Numbered from the stretch's first letter, positions 19,761-30,829 are shown. The stretch: 64,000 nucleotides of DNA from Spirochaetia bacterium (GCA_965226055.1 CBDDCA010000006.1:258251-322250), one strand, 5' to 3'. Notes: a model not told the origin generated them from the letters alone. Program-made: numbers and translations.

Positions 19761-22331
19761 TTATAACTTTATAGTGAGAAAAAAACTAATTTCTAGCTGA
19801 CGTAGCCATTTGCTCGGACTAAAAGTGTATTCAATTTTTCTATTTGAAGGATCCTTATTACTTGAACCTGCTGTTTCTTTATCTTTTATTTCTTTGTCAT
19901 CTATTTGAAACCAAGCAAGAAAATCTCCTAAACTAAATCGGTATCCTAACACAACATTTTTATTATCAAGGAATTTGCCCGAGAAGGCAGGGACTAAACT
20001 CCATATTGGAGCATAACTACGTGCAGAATTGATCTCTGTTGTATCAAATCCTGTCCGAGGGTACACTGTAAGAGGAAACTCTGGTGATGGATGTTTTTCA
20101 TATACAGTGGGAGTAAATGGAGTATCTATAGTGTATACATTGGTGAGAGAAAAATTAAACGCGGGGTTTACTTTGTACAAATAGCTTAATTTAATGGTGT
20201 GCCGATAATCATTAGAGGCAGGAAGCCATATATCATCCTTTGTCTTAAAATATACAAACCCCAATGTGTATGAAATATCTAATATATGAAAATCGGTGGT
20301 ATACTGATAACGAAATGTTGCTCCTGTACCAAATCCATGTTTTACAGGTAAATACGAAAAGCCTCTTATGTTTGAGTTTGCATAGTCAGGATCTGAAAAA
20401 TCGGGAACGACATTATATTTGTATTGACTAAATATACCTTCAAAACCATAATACCATCCAAAGTAGGGAGATACAGAGAGCTGATGATCGCCAAGCTGTA
20501 TAAGATATTTCGCAAAAGACATTGTTCCATAGCTTGGATTGGTAAATGTTGTTTCATCGTACTGGTACTTAATAGTTTTTTCTAAAATTTTTCTATTGAC
20601 ATATTGTAATTCTTCTAAAAATGCAGGACTCCATCCTGTAAACAGGGAGAGTACATGTATATCGCTAAATGTTAGTGCATAGTCTGCTCGTACAGAAGGA
20701 TACACTTTGCTAGGGTCTTGTGCTATCCAAGATATGCCAGGACTTACAGAAAATGACATTTCTCCTCTATCGTATAGTTCCTCATAATCGTATTGGAAAA
20801 ATGCATAGGCTTTAAGATAGTCTTCGTTAATGGTGTACTTTGGCAGAGCAGCTTCTTTGTCTGTTTTATTCTCAGAATCGTTTGGATCTATATAATAAAA
20901 TATATCTTCGTAATTTGATCTTAAGGTAACATAGTCCACTATTGATCCTATGCTCATAACAACATTATCAAAAAACGACTGTGAATAGATATTTTTTATT
21001 CCTGTATTCCATACATTTGAATTTCCTTTATAGTAATATCCTGTATTATACAGTTCTTGATCGAGTTCTATAATGTTTCTACGCGTTTCTCCTATATTTT
21101 TTCTTCTAAATTCTGAATTAACATTTGCTACATAATAATAACTATAGATATCAAGCTCATTAAATGCACTTGCTCCAATTAATTTTGACCATTGTAGTCC
21201 TCCTCCAACAAAATAAGGGAAATTTTTAGATTCTAAAGTTACATCTTCATTTGAGGCACTTACATCAATAGTATCATAATACGCAAGCGTTAATAGTTTT
21301 ATTCTGTCTGCCCCTTTTGTGTATTCTAATGATAAAAAGAGATCTCCATATAAATAGCGCTCTATGTTTGTTTGTGTTTCTCCTGCAGATTCCGCAATTA
21401 ATTGTATAAGAGGAAACAGCGTATATTGAGAAATAGACTGCTTTGCCATAGTAAATAATGTTGTATGTTCATTTAAGTTAGTACGATAACTCAAAAAAGG
21501 ATCAGTAATGCCTACCCCTATATCTAATTGATGAGATGTTACTGTTTCGGGATACACAACAGTGGTTCCTCCAAGTGATTGTCCGTACCGTCCTGGAGGG
21601 GGACCTTTTAGTGTTTTTACTGAGCTAATTGATTCTTTTGAGAGTATTGGCTTTGTATTATCTGATAAATGAGTGTTTGAAGGAATGGGCAAAAAATCAA
21701 TATATGCTTGATTCCATGCAGAGTCTCCTCCAAATACCGAGAATAAAGAACCATAAGAAAAAAAGGTGCCATTTTGTGGATCAATTAAAAAAGGAGAAGT
21801 AGCATTTTCTTTTTCATTTATAAATACCCCTGCTTCTGTAGTGATAATATTAAATGGATCATTGTCTACTACAGGGAGATTGTCTATAAATTCAGCGTCA
21901 TACTCCTCTTTGTTCGGTTCAATTTGTATCTTTCTTTCTGCGGTAACAATAATCTCTTGTTCAAATTCTTCACTTATATCATCTAGTACAAATAGATACG
22001 GATCACGCTCCGAAGAAGAGACTGTTCCTATTTCAATGGTATAATCAAATTCTTTTTCCTCTATTGTGATGATCTTTACTGTATAGATTCCTGCATCAAT
22101 ATCTTTGAATACAAAGTTGCCTTCTGTATCACTCACTTCAATAGCGTCCAGTTCTATAATAATGATCGTTACATCAGAGAGAGATGCGTCATTTGATGAT
22201 GTACTGGAAACTACTTTTCCATAAAAATCTATTGCAAATACTGGCACACAAAGAAACAGAAACAAAATAGACACTATATACGGTTTCATAAAAATACCCC
22301 TTAGTATTATATATACTATATCATAATACAC
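19761..22331 (-). CDS. TonB-dependent outer-membrane receptor, SusC-like (N-terminal carboxypeptidase-regulatory-like domain, plug, barrel)
   Basis: Signal peptide from the internal Met (MKPYIVSILFLFLCVPVFA), so the true start is probably near 22289. EIIVTAER TonB-box/plug start and plug motif KTLKGPPPGRYGQSLGGTTVV, followed by a long beta-rich region. Confidence 0.65.
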   Translation of the reverse strand: MYYDIVYIILRGIFMKPYIVSILFLFLCVPVFAIDFYGKVVSSTSSNDASLSDVTIIIIELDAIEVSDTEGNFVFKDIDAGIYTVKIITIEEKEFDYTIEIGTVSSSERDPYLFVLDDISEEFEQEIIVTAERKIQIEPNKEEYDAEFIDNLPVVDNDPFNIITTEAGVFINEKENATSPFLIDPQNGTFFSYGSLFSVFGGDSAWNQAYIDFLPIPSNTHLSDNTKPILSKESISSVKTLKGPPPGRYGQSLGGTTVVYPETVTSHQLDIGVGITDPFLSYRTNLNEHTTLFTMAKQSISQYTLFPLIQLIAESAGETQTNIERYLYGDLFLSLEYTKGADRIKLLTLAYYDTIDVSASNEDVTLESKNFPYFVGGGLQWSKLIGASAFNELDIYSYYYVANVNSEFRRKNIGETRRNIIELDQELYNTGYYYKGNSNVWNTGIKNIYSQSFFDNVVMSIGSIVDYVTLRSNYEDIFYYIDPNDSENKTDKEAALPKYTINEDYLKAYAFFQYDYEELYDRGEMSFSVSPGISWIAQDPSKVYPSVRADYALTFSDIHVLSLFTGWSPAFLEELQYVNRKILEKTIKYQYDETTFTNPSYGTMSFAKYLIQLGDHQLSVSPYFGWYYGFEGIFSQYKYNVVPDFSDPDYANSNIRGFSYLPVKHGFGTGATFRYQYTTDFHILDISYTLGFVYFKTKDDIWLPASNDYRHTIKLSYLYKVNPAFNFSLTNVYTIDTPFTPTVYEKHPSPEFPLTVYPRTGFDTTEINSARSYAPIWSLVPAFSGKFLDNKNVVLGYRFSLGDFLAWFQIDDKEIKDKETAGSSNKDPSNRKIEYTFSPSKWLRQLEISFFLTIKL

Positions 22332-22364
22332 TATATCATATTTATTTCATTTCCTATTTTATAT

Positions 22365-23216
22365 CTACTTAATTGCTCCGCCTATCATGCCTCTGATGAT
22401 ATATCTTTGTGCAAAAATAAATAAAATAACAATGGGGATAAGTGATAGTAATGCCGCAGTCAAAATGAGTTCCCATTGTTTGACATAGGCTCCTACAAAA
22501 TTAGCAACAGCAAGAGGAATTGTTTGTATTTGATTTCCTTTTCCTAGTACTAGAATAGGTAATAAAAAGTCATTCCATATCCATATACCATTTAATATCA
22601 ATACGGTAACATATACAGGTTTGAGAATAGGAAACACAATATAGAAAAAAGTTTGAAATGGATTGCATCCATCAACCCGTGCAGCGTCTTCTAATTCTAG
22701 TGGTATCGCTTTAATAAATCCATGAAATAAAAATATAGAAAGTGGTGCACCAAATCCAACATATGCAAATATAATGCCAGTATAAGAACGTAGCATCTTA
22801 ATGCCAACAGTAGATCCAAATATTCTAAACCATGATATTAAGGGTAACATCACTACTTGAAAAGGAATGACCATTGCACCAACAAAAATCAAAAATAATA
22901 CTGCAGATATTTTGTTCTTTGTGCGTACTAGTACCCATGCAGCCATAGAAGAACTGGTGGTTATCAATAACAGAGATACTGTGGTAATAATAGAAGAGCT
23001 TATAAAAGAAGATATATACCGTATATTTTTATCACTAAGAATAAAGGCAATATTATCAAAAATATTTGACCAATTTTCAGGAAATGATAAGGGGTTGTTT
23101 GTAATTTGAAAAGAAGATTTCGCTGAATTTATTATTACTAAGCCAAGAGGCAAGAAAACAGCAATACATAGCAGTAGGGTAATAGATTCTAATATACGTA
23201 ATATTACTTTATTCAT
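22365..23216 (-). CDS. Carbohydrate ABC transporter permease (MalG/UgpE-like)
   Basis: Six-TM permease containing the EAA-loop region (ELEDAARVDGCNPFQTFFYIVFP). Confidence 0.85.
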   Translation of the reverse strand: MNKVILRILESITLLLCIAVFLPLGLVIINSAKSSFQITNNPLSFPENWSNIFDNIAFILSDKNIRYISSFISSSIITTVSLLLITTSSSMAAWVLVRTKNKISAVLFLIFVGAMVIPFQVVMLPLISWFRIFGSTVGIKMLRSYTGIIFAYVGFGAPLSIFLFHGFIKAIPLELEDAARVDGCNPFQTFFYIVFPILKPVYVTVLILNGIWIWNDFLLPILVLGKGNQIQTIPLAVANFVGAYVKQWELILTAALLSLIPIVILFIFAQRYIIRGMIGGAIK

Positions 23217-24109
23217 TACATTTCTACCTCACGTTTTTTATTAAAATATACTTGAACAAGCGATATTACAAGTAATGCTACAAAAAATAGTACTGATTTA
23301 GATTGAGCTACTGCCATTTGACTTACTCCTTTTACTACTTTCTCTGATTCTTTTATGATATGCATTGATATTAGCTCAGTGCCTTGCATGGCTCTTCCCA
23401 TAAACATGGTGGAAGGCCCTCCGTAAGTGAGGGAATAGTTTACATCGTATTGCTTAAATGAATACAGGAGAGAGATAAATGTACATACTGTAAATGCAGG
23501 GGCTATCATAGGAATAGTAATTTTTCGAAATCTATCCCATGCACTTGCTCCATCAATCATGGCAGCTTCAAATAATGATTCAGGAATGCTCTGTAAGCCC
23601 GTGATATAAATTATCATAAGGTATCCTGCATATTGCCATACTCCCACTATTACCAGTGCTACTGTTGCATAATTTCTATCGGATAACATGAGAAAATCGG
23701 TATTAAAAAAACTAGGAAAAAATCTACTAAAAATAAATTGCCAAATATATCCTAGTATCAATCCTCCTATTAAATTAGGAAGAAAAAATCCTGCTCGATA
23801 AAAATTTCTAAATTTTAGTTTCTGTGTTACCAATAGTGCCAGTGATAAGGCACATACATTCATAAACACAATGTTAAGCGTACTGTATACTACAGTAATA
23901 ATAATTGAGTAAAGAAATCGCGGATCCTCAGAAAACATTTTTCGATAATTTTCAAAGCCAAGAAATTCTTTTACACGAATGCCGTTCCAATCAGTAAACG
24001 AATAAAAGACTCCCATAAAAAATGGGATGATCATAACCATAATAAATGCAATAAGAGCAGGGGCTAAAAATATCCAAAAATACATTGTATCGTTTTTTCT
24101 TCCTCTCAT
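23216..24109 (-). CDS. Carbohydrate ABC transporter permease (MalF/UgpA-like)
   Basis: Polytopic permease with the EAA motif (LFEAAMIDGASAWDRFRKITIP). Shares coordinate 23216 with the downstream permease gene (end of one, start of the next). Confidence 0.85.
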   Translation of the reverse strand: MRGRKNDTMYFWIFLAPALIAFIMVMIIPFFMGVFYSFTDWNGIRVKEFLGFENYRKMFSEDPRFLYSIIITVVYSTLNIVFMNVCALSLALLVTQKLKFRNFYRAGFFLPNLIGGLILGYIWQFIFSRFFPSFFNTDFLMLSDRNYATVALVIVGVWQYAGYLMIIYITGLQSIPESLFEAAMIDGASAWDRFRKITIPMIAPAFTVCTFISLLYSFKQYDVNYSLTYGGPSTMFMGRAMQGTELISMHIIKESEKVVKGVSQMAVAQSKSVLFFVALLVISLVQVYFNKKREVEM

Positions 24110-24130
24110 AGTTTTTTCTCCTCACATATA

Positions 24131-25501
24131 TTATTGTAAATATTCTAAATACTCTTTTTGTACTTCTACCATCACCTCTACATATTCAGAGATATTTCTT
24201 GCTACATCTACTACTGGGTCTACAAGTAGTGCTTGTACTACTGATTGTTTTGATTTACTCATTATTGCATGAGCAGTCATGTCATGAATACCCACTTGAT
24301 TACGCAGTATTCCAGCATACGCAGGGGGTAACGGGGGGAGTGCTATGCCTTGTACTCCATTTTTATTGATACGAGCAGGAACTTCTACTGCAATACATTC
24401 TGGTAACTCGCTTATATATTTTCCTCCATTACCGTCACTATTAGGAATATTCACTGCTGCTTCTATGTAATCTACATCCTGTATGATACCATCGATAATA
24501 ATAGCAATGCGTTCACTTATACGTTTCTCAATTTTATGTTTCTTCTGTAACATATAGCGCTGATAGTACCGATAAAAATCAAGTATTCCACGATGATCGG
24601 CTACATCGTAGGCCCATCCAAGATATTCACCAAAATGACTATCGGAAGTAATGGGCAAAAGCCCAAACTGTTCAAGAATAAACAAAAAAAGCCTGCGTTC
24701 TCCCCAAAAACGTGATGCAGATATATCTGCCATTTCAGTAGCTCCTTCTGTTTCAATAAATTCACCATGTTCCATAAGGTGCATCATATAATCACTATAG
24801 GTAGGGACTGTCTTAAAAAACTCTTTTGCTTTTGCACGAATATCAGGATATACATCTTTTTTACTGTCTTTATAGTGTGCTTCCAGTAACACACTAAAGT
24901 GATTAAGTCCACCAGCTACAAGTTCTAAATTATCAAATGATGTATGAAGCATACTAGGAAGATACCGCTCTAAAGACGCTATTTCATGACACAGTCCAAT
25001 AAATTTTATATCAGGAAATTTTTTATGTACAGTGGTACATATTCTGCTCATAGGATTGCTATAATTAAACACAAACGCATCTGGACAAATACGCTGTATG
25101 TCTTCACACATAGCAAGTATAGGAGGAACAATACGCAAAGAGTGAAACAATCCTCCTGGTCCACCATTTTCTCCATATATTTGACGAATTCCATATTGTT
25201 GGGCAATAGTTCTATCTTGATCCCATAATACAAAACGGTCTCCTATTTCTATGGAAATAATAACAAAATCAGCACCTTGTAATGCTTCCTCTCTATTGGT
25301 AGTTGCTTTAATGGTGAACTGAAGCGAAGTATCTTGTTCAAGAAATGCAAGGGTATGATCGTGCACTTCTTTCAATTTCTTTGCGTTAATATCAAGGAGT
25401 GTAATAGTACTGCCTTGTAGAGAGGGAGTACAAAAAATATCTCCTAAAGTTCCATATCCAAATTGATGACTTCCTGCACCGATAAGCACTATATTAGCCA
25501 T
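24131..25501 (-). CDS. Glycoside hydrolase family 4 (NAD+/Mn2+-dependent alpha-glucosidase or alpha-galactosidase)
   Basis: N-terminal Rossmann motif IVLIGAGS and GH4 signature FIGLCHEI. Sits between the transporter genes. Confidence 0.8.
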   Translation of the reverse strand: MANIVLIGAGSHQFGYGTLGDIFCTPSLQGSTITLLDINAKKLKEVHDHTLAFLEQDTSLQFTIKATTNREEALQGADFVIISIEIGDRFVLWDQDRTIAQQYGIRQIYGENGGPGGLFHSLRIVPPILAMCEDIQRICPDAFVFNYSNPMSRICTTVHKKFPDIKFIGLCHEIASLERYLPSMLHTSFDNLELVAGGLNHFSVLLEAHYKDSKKDVYPDIRAKAKEFFKTVPTYSDYMMHLMEHGEFIETEGATEMADISASRFWGERRLFLFILEQFGLLPITSDSHFGEYLGWAYDVADHRGILDFYRYYQRYMLQKKHKIEKRISERIAIIIDGIIQDVDYIEAAVNIPNSDGNGGKYISELPECIAVEVPARINKNGVQGIALPPLPPAYAGILRNQVGIHDMTAHAIMSKSKQSVVQALLVDPVVDVARNISEYVEVMVEVQKEYLEYLQ

Positions 25502-25546
25502 AGTATATTGTTCCTTTCTTTTTATTTTTTCTTATTATATATATTG

Positions 25547-26797
25547 TTACTGTAATGTAGCAAAAGTTTCCGTAAGCTTTACAACAAACTGATCTTCGGT
25601 CAATTCTTTTTTTGCAAACTGTTCAAACAATGGGCCAAGTACATTGTCTCTAAAATCTCCGGGTAAATAGTATTGATTCCATGCATATGTTTTTCCTTCA
25701 TTCACCCATTCCAGTAAAGATGCAGATAATGGCGCTTTTGGAGTAAGACTAACATTAGTAAAGGCAGGTATAGCTTGAATTTTATTTACCATATAATCAT
25801 GGCCCTGTGGTGTTTCAGCCATAAATCGTAAGAACGCTTTTGCTTTACTTGCATTCCCGTACTTGTTGACTACATACCATGTTGGAGGATTCACAAACAC
25901 TCCATCTGTATCTTCAAACGAAGAACCATGTGGAGCATATGCACGAGGAAATGTCACGTTTGCATTTGCTAAGTTTGGTTCAATCCAATTTCCTTGATGA
26001 ATAAATGCTGCTTTCTGAGTAGCAAAGGCATTGACTTGTGCATCATAGTCTCCTGCCACTAGCACTCGTTGATCAGAGTAATCAAATAATAGCTTTACCC
26101 ACATTACATATTCTCTTAATCGTTCTTTTTCTACTTTTCCTTCAAGTGCTTTCTCTACAACAGAAAGATCATTTCTTGCTAAGCCATTCGAAAGGTACGA
26201 GTTTATATTATGATGAGATGTTACCCAATGCATACCAGAACCTGCAGTCATAGATACTACACTGTCAAGACCTAATACTTCTTTCATATCATCAAGCTCT
26301 TCAAACGCAGCCTTGTATGCATGATAATTAGTGAGTAATGCAGGATCAATGCCTGCCATATCAAGTATTTGTGCGTTATACCCCATGCCCCATCCCTCAA
26401 TGGCTATGGGAAAACCAACAATTTTATCATCAACTTCAAATCCTACATCAGTGTATTGAGTCCACGATTCATCAGAAAGATCATCTATGTATTCTGACCA
26501 TGTTTGGTATCCTTCTTTTCCATCAATGACAAATATATCTGGGGCTTCGCCTGCATTGATATCGGCTCGCAACTGAGTAGTGAGACTACAAGAATCACCT
26601 CCACATGTTTTGACCACTACTTTCATTCCTGTAGATTGCCTAAACACTTCAGCAAACTCTTTGAGCTGAGCATCAATTTCAACTTTGTTATGCATAATTA
26701 TAATAGGACGATCTTTAGTATCTTCATTTGATCCTCCTGCCCACGCTACAGTACTGATGTATACTATCAGTAAAAAATATATACCTATTTTCTTCAT
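25547..26797 (-). CDS. Extracellular solute-binding protein of a carbohydrate ABC transporter (family 1 SBP)
   Basis: Signal peptide, 416 aa, first gene of the SBP-GH4-permease-permease operon. Confidence 0.75.
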   Translation of the reverse strand: MKKIGIYFLLIVYISTVAWAGGSNEDTKDRPIIIMHNKVEIDAQLKEFAEVFRQSTGMKVVVKTCGGDSCSLTTQLRADINAGEAPDIFVIDGKEGYQTWSEYIDDLSDESWTQYTDVGFEVDDKIVGFPIAIEGWGMGYNAQILDMAGIDPALLTNYHAYKAAFEELDDMKEVLGLDSVVSMTAGSGMHWVTSHHNINSYLSNGLARNDLSVVEKALEGKVEKERLREYVMWVKLLFDYSDQRVLVAGDYDAQVNAFATQKAAFIHQGNWIEPNLANANVTFPRAYAPHGSSFEDTDGVFVNPPTWYVVNKYGNASKAKAFLRFMAETPQGHDYMVNKIQAIPAFTNVSLTPKAPLSASLLEWVNEGKTYAWNQYYLPGDFRDNVLGPLFEQFAKKELTEDQFVVKLTETFATLQ

Positions 26798-26865
26798 AAA
26801 TTACTCCTTTAATTATTATTAGTATATCATATATGTACATATTATATTTTTATAACAAGAAAATA

Positions 26866-27265
26866 TCACGAGTTCAAGGATTAAATGCGACAAAGGAGCA
26901 AGAAACATAAAACAAGCATATTTTTTATTAGCTACTACATATAGTGTATATTTAGTATATAATTTTCAATTTAAGCACTAGAGAAATTTGCTTTATTTTT
27001 ATATTAATGCTATACTAAATGCAGAATAATAAGAGAACAATAACATTATGAGTGTACAAGCAAAAACTGATACAAAAGAAACTACTTTAATTTTAAATAA
27101 TACCGATAAGGAAAATTTGGAAAGATGTTTCTCGGAATGGAAATTCAAAGATTATCAAAGCCTTATGAGGTTCGTATCATCTATTTTAATTGAGAGCGAA
27201 GATAAAATAACAATAGGCATTAAGAAAAGTGGAGTGCTAAAAGAATTTTCACCAGCAGATCATTT
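26866..27265 (+). repeat. IS30-IRL-led ~400-bp module, copy A (carries a small ORF)
   Basis: About 97% identical to 54283-54700. Starts with the IS30 left-IR sequence atcacgagttcaaggattaaatgcgacaaaggagc. No right IR is present. Confidence 0.7.
26988..27016 (+). promoter_or_regulatory. Putative sigma70-type promoter (TTGCTT-N17-TATACT) for the small ORF inside the repeat module
   Basis: -35 at 26988-26993 and -10 at 27011-27016. The same motif sits at 54414-54442 in copy B. No experimental support. Confidence 0.3.
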
Positions 27266-27281
27266 ACTAAAAGATTCATAA
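27048..27281 (+). CDS. Small hypothetical protein (77 aa) encoded inside the repeated module; paralog of 54474-54731
   Basis: Identical over ~70 residues to the copy B ORF but with a different C-terminus. RBS-like purine-rich run upstream. Confidence 0.5.
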   Translation: MSVQAKTDTKETTLILNNTDKENLERCFSEWKFKDYQSLMRFVSSILIESEDKITIGIKKSGVLKEFSPADHLLKDS

Positions 27282-27626
27282 ATGGCAGATAATCAAAACA
27301 ATAAACCTAATGCTGAGTATAGCATTGAACATCAATTAAAGGAGTTAAAGCAAGATATAATTACCCCTCATAAATTTGCAAAGATATTTTCTGATGCTAT
27401 GCGTGAATCAAAAGGTTTAGATGAAAGTATACAAAAATGCTTAAAAGAGCTTATAGCTAAAGATGATGATATTAAAAAGGAAATTTTTGAGAGAATAAAA
27501 GATTACATCAAAGAAGAAAGAAAGTTATTTAATACATCAGTATGGAAAACATCTAAAGACATTATTCTTTTAATTGTAGGTGCTGGAATATCGTTTTTAT
27601 TTACATGGCTAGCAAAGTTTCTTTAA
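27282..27626 (+). CDS. Hypothetical small protein with a C-terminal transmembrane segment
   Basis: Its ATG overlaps the stop of 27048-27281. Charged helical N-terminal part, then LLIVGAGISFLFTWLAKFL. Confidence 0.4.
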   Translation: MADNQNNKPNAEYSIEHQLKELKQDIITPHKFAKIFSDAMRESKGLDESIQKCLKELIAKDDDIKKEIFERIKDYIKEERKLFNTSVWKTSKDIILLIVGAGISFLFTWLAKFL

Positions 27627-27673
27627 GTAGCTAAAAAGAAGCTATACATTTGATACCGCACTTGATACCACGA

Positions 27674-28360
27674 CTACTCTCTCTGTAAGTGCTCTATAAT
27701 CATTTCTTTTGCTTCTGAAATCTCTAATAACGATGTTATAAAATAGTGCATATTCTCTTTTTGATGGAATTTTCTCTCATTGACTATCTCATCATAGTTA
27801 ATACACAGTAAACTACACAGCTCTTCTCCTGTATATGCCTCATACTCATTTATCTTATTCTTGAAGCCTGTCACTATCTGTTTTTTGTCTGTTACATTAA
27901 AAGAACACATCACAGGAGTAACGGTAAACTGTATTTCTCGTGATATAAAATTAATATATTCGTGTAAATGCCGTCTCTCTCCCGCTGATTTTTTAGTATC
28001 AAATTGATCTCCATCTTTTACTTCTATGACATAACAATTCTGCACATTCTGTTTTGTTTTTTGGAATGCTACAAAATCAGGCTCAAAAGATTTCTGAGCT
28101 ATTAAGGATTTTTTTATTTGTTGTTTGTTCGCTACCCATATTCCTTCTGGATAGGAATCTGACTTTAGATAAGAGTCAATATCTGTTATTTGATTACAAC
28201 GCTCCCATATAATCTTTTCTAGTTCATTCCCTGCTGATATTACTGTAGCTTGTAACTTACTTATCAAGTTACCTAGCTTTTCATTCCCTACTATTCTTGT
28301 ATAACCACTTGGAGACTGTTTCGTATCTCTTCCTTTTGCTTCACTGAGAAGAGCATTCAT
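27674..28360 (-). CDS. Type II restriction endonuclease candidate (PD-(D/E)xK fold)
   Basis: EPDF...CYVIEVKDG fits a PD..(E)VK catalytic motif. Its start overlaps the stop of the upstream methyltransferase by 4 bp (ATGA). Confidence 0.6.
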   Translation of the reverse strand: MNALLSEAKGRDTKQSPSGYTRIVGNEKLGNLISKLQATVISAGNELEKIIWERCNQITDIDSYLKSDSYPEGIWVANKQQIKKSLIAQKSFEPDFVAFQKTKQNVQNCYVIEVKDGDQFDTKKSAGERRHLHEYINFISREIQFTVTPVMCSFNVTDKKQIVTGFKNKINEYEAYTGEELCSLLCINYDEIVNERKFHQKENMHYFITSLLEISEAKEMIIEHLQRE

Positions 28361-29070
28361 GTTTCTATTATATCACATCCTAAAAAATTTCTGTTTGATT
28401 TTTTACATGCTTCAAATACAGAAAAACTACCGCTTGCAGGGTCTATTACTATATCATCCTCATTTGTTACTGCTTCAATCAATGCTTTTTGTAGCTCTAT
28501 TGGCTTGTTATGAGCATGATTTCTCTCTACTTTCTCATCCCATACATCTCTTATAGTATGAACAGTCCATACTCCCTTTGCTCTTTTAGGAGCTTTCTGA
28601 ATAACATATACATATTCTGATACTCGCCTTGTTCTATACCCCATCCCTATTCTTTGTTTATTCCATGTTATAAGATCCACTATTTCTAAATGAGTTTCTA
28701 CTAACCACTTACTAATACCATTACACAAAATAAATTTGTCTACCCATAAAAAACAATGCCCCATAGGATGCAATACTCTATCTATCTCTTTTATAAACTT
28801 GTCTATTATTTTATCTGTCATCTGTGGCAAAATAGCTCTCGCTTTTTGCCGCTCCCCTTCATTTCCATATCCTTGCTTATCTAAGATTCCTCTATACTGA
28901 GGATCAAAAAATACTACTGGGAATGTATTACTATCCAACTTAGAAAGAAGATCTAAGCCATCCATCTGCATTTTTGTGTTTAGTGTTAGTCCTTTCGCTA
29001 ATGTTATATCTCCTTGCTTAATATCTCGCTTACTCGAATATACATTATTGGGATTATACTGTGCTTTCAT
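28357..29070 (-). CDS. DNA amino-methyltransferase (N6A or N4C), beta-class
   Basis: Motif IV FFDPQY near the N-terminus and motif [15 protein letters not shown] near the C-terminus. This order indicates a beta-class, PF01555-like enzyme. Confidence 0.75.
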   Translation of the reverse strand: MKAQYNPNNVYSSKRDIKQGDITLAKGLTLNTKMQMDGLDLLSKLDSNTFPVVFFDPQYRGILDKQGYGNEGERQKARAILPQMTDKIIDKFIKEIDRVLHPMGHCFLWVDKFILCNGISKWLVETHLEIVDLITWNKQRIGMGYRTRRVSEYVYVIQKAPKRAKGVWTVHTIRDVWDEKVERNHAHNKPIELQKALIEAVTNEDDIVIDPASGSFSVFEACKKSNRNFLGCDIIET

Positions 29071-30632
29071 GATAAGAGAGAATAGTAGCTTTGTAACACT
29101 GGATGAGGATCTCCTTTCAACAAAGTATGTGTTAGTACTTTTCCTAACTGCACCCCTTCTTGATCAAAAGAATTGATGTTCCATAAGAACCCTTGAAACA
29201 TTACTTTATTTTCAAAGTGTGAAAGTAACGCACCAAGTGTGTACGGAGTTGCCATATCAGCATACAATACACTGGAAGGACGATTTCCTATAAACAGCTT
29301 ATGTGCATTATCATTATCCTTTCCCATTGAAAACGCCACTATCTGTGCTGCTAAGTTTGCCAACAGCTTTTGTTGACTTGTAGAGCCTTCATAGGATATA
29401 TCATGTTGCATCTGAGAATGAGTAAACGCTATAAACTGTAATGGTACAATATCAGTTCCCTGATGTAATAGCTGATAAAAACTATGCTGTCCGTTTGTCC
29501 CTGGTTCTCCAAACACTACCGGTCCAGTAGTATAGTCAATACGTTCCCCAAAACGATTTACTTGTTTTCCATTACTCTCCATATCAAGCTGTTGTAAATG
29601 AGCAGGAAAACGAGATAACGCCTGACTATACGGAAGCACTGCAGTGTAAGGATACTTAAGAACATTACGTTCGTACACACCAATAAGAGCATCTATCATT
29701 GCAGGATTTTGCATAACAGGAGCAGTATACGCTATCTTATCACTCTCATGTGTACCACGTAAAAACTCCCGTGTTATATCGCTTCCATAGGCAAGATTTA
29801 AGAGACATACTCCCACCGCACTACTTACCGAATAGCGTCCACCAATATAATCATCAATAAAAAAAGAATCGAGGTAATCTTTTGATTGTGCTAAAGGACT
29901 TGTTTCAGAGGTTACACATACCATATGCTTTTTGGGATGTTTAATACCTGCTTGTTGTAACCATTCTAACGCAAACTGAGCATTGGTAAGCGTTTCTTGT
30001 GTTGTCCCACTCTTTGAAACTAAAATAAACAATGTTGTTTCTGGATTAGCAAACAATAATTGTTCTCCCGTATCATCAGGGTCAACATTACTTATAAACC
30101 CTACTTTTCGTATAGGAATATCTTTTCTTTTTGCGTATACATAGGAACGCAAAGCAAGATATACAGCACGAGGGCCAAGATCTGAACCTCCTATTCCTAT
30201 TTGAATAAAAGTATCAAAAGGTTTTCCTGTTTCTCCTACTATTTCTTGGGCATGTACTTTTTTTGCAAAATTTTCACAAAGGCGTATCTGTTCGGCATAA
30301 AATTCATTATAATTTCTCCCTTCTTTTTGGACTACAGTGTCTAACTGTCCACGAAGAGCATGGTGTAATACCATACGCTGTTCGCCAGTGTTTACTATTT
30401 CCCCATTTACAAGCTGAGAAAACATTTCTTTGAGTTGTTGTTCTTCTGACAGAGCATAGAGTTGCTGAAGTATCTCATCGTTTACTCTTTTTGCAGAAAA
30501 ATTATAGCGGTATCCAGCTCCTGCTACATCATATTGTTGAATACGTTTTGCATCAAATTGTTCATAACTAAACAATGGCATATCACTTAACTTCTTAAAA
30601 TTAGTACAATCATTTAAGTTCTTATTACTCAT
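29067..30632 (-). CDS. pgi: Glucose-6-phosphate isomerase
   Basis: 521 aa with PGI family sequence features ([18 protein letters not shown]). Its stop overlaps the methyltransferase start by 4 bp. Confidence 0.9.
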   Translation of the reverse strand: MSNKNLNDCTNFKKLSDMPLFSYEQFDAKRIQQYDVAGAGYRYNFSAKRVNDEILQQLYALSEEQQLKEMFSQLVNGEIVNTGEQRMVLHHALRGQLDTVVQKEGRNYNEFYAEQIRLCENFAKKVHAQEIVGETGKPFDTFIQIGIGGSDLGPRAVYLALRSYVYAKRKDIPIRKVGFISNVDPDDTGEQLLFANPETTLFILVSKSGTTQETLTNAQFALEWLQQAGIKHPKKHMVCVTSETSPLAQSKDYLDSFFIDDYIGGRYSVSSAVGVCLLNLAYGSDITREFLRGTHESDKIAYTAPVMQNPAMIDALIGVYERNVLKYPYTAVLPYSQALSRFPAHLQQLDMESNGKQVNRFGERIDYTTGPVVFGEPGTNGQHSFYQLLHQGTDIVPLQFIAFTHSQMQHDISYEGSTSQQKLLANLAAQIVAFSMGKDNDNAHKLFIGNRPSSVLYADMATPYTLGALLSHFENKVMFQGFLWNINSFDQEGVQLGKVLTHTLLKGDPHPVLQSYYSLLS

Positions 30633-30829
30633 ATATTCAGTATAATAGAATTACTATATTTTATTTCAAATATCCTTTCGCATACCTAGTAACAATACTC
30701 CTATACCAGCTTAACCTATTAAAAAGTAAAAGGCACAGCACTAATACCGTAAACTTAATACTATCTTAACAATTTTTTAATTATTATCTCATATAGATAC
30801 TCTATACTGTAAGAAAAAAAGGAGATACT

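Noticed and set aside
26866-26900. gagttcaaggatt... resembles a tRNA T-arm (GGTTCAAGTCC-like), suggesting tRNA fragments as integration sites
   Set aside because: No acceptor or anticodon arm is foldable around it. The sequence is instead the terminal inverted repeat of the IS30-family element (matched by the inverted copy at 55840-55866).
30633-30829. Looked for a Pho box upstream of pstS
   Set aside because: No convincing direct-repeat Pho-box-like motif could be identified by eye in this AT-rich spacer. Only the RBS (aggaga) is clear, so no regulatory site is reported.
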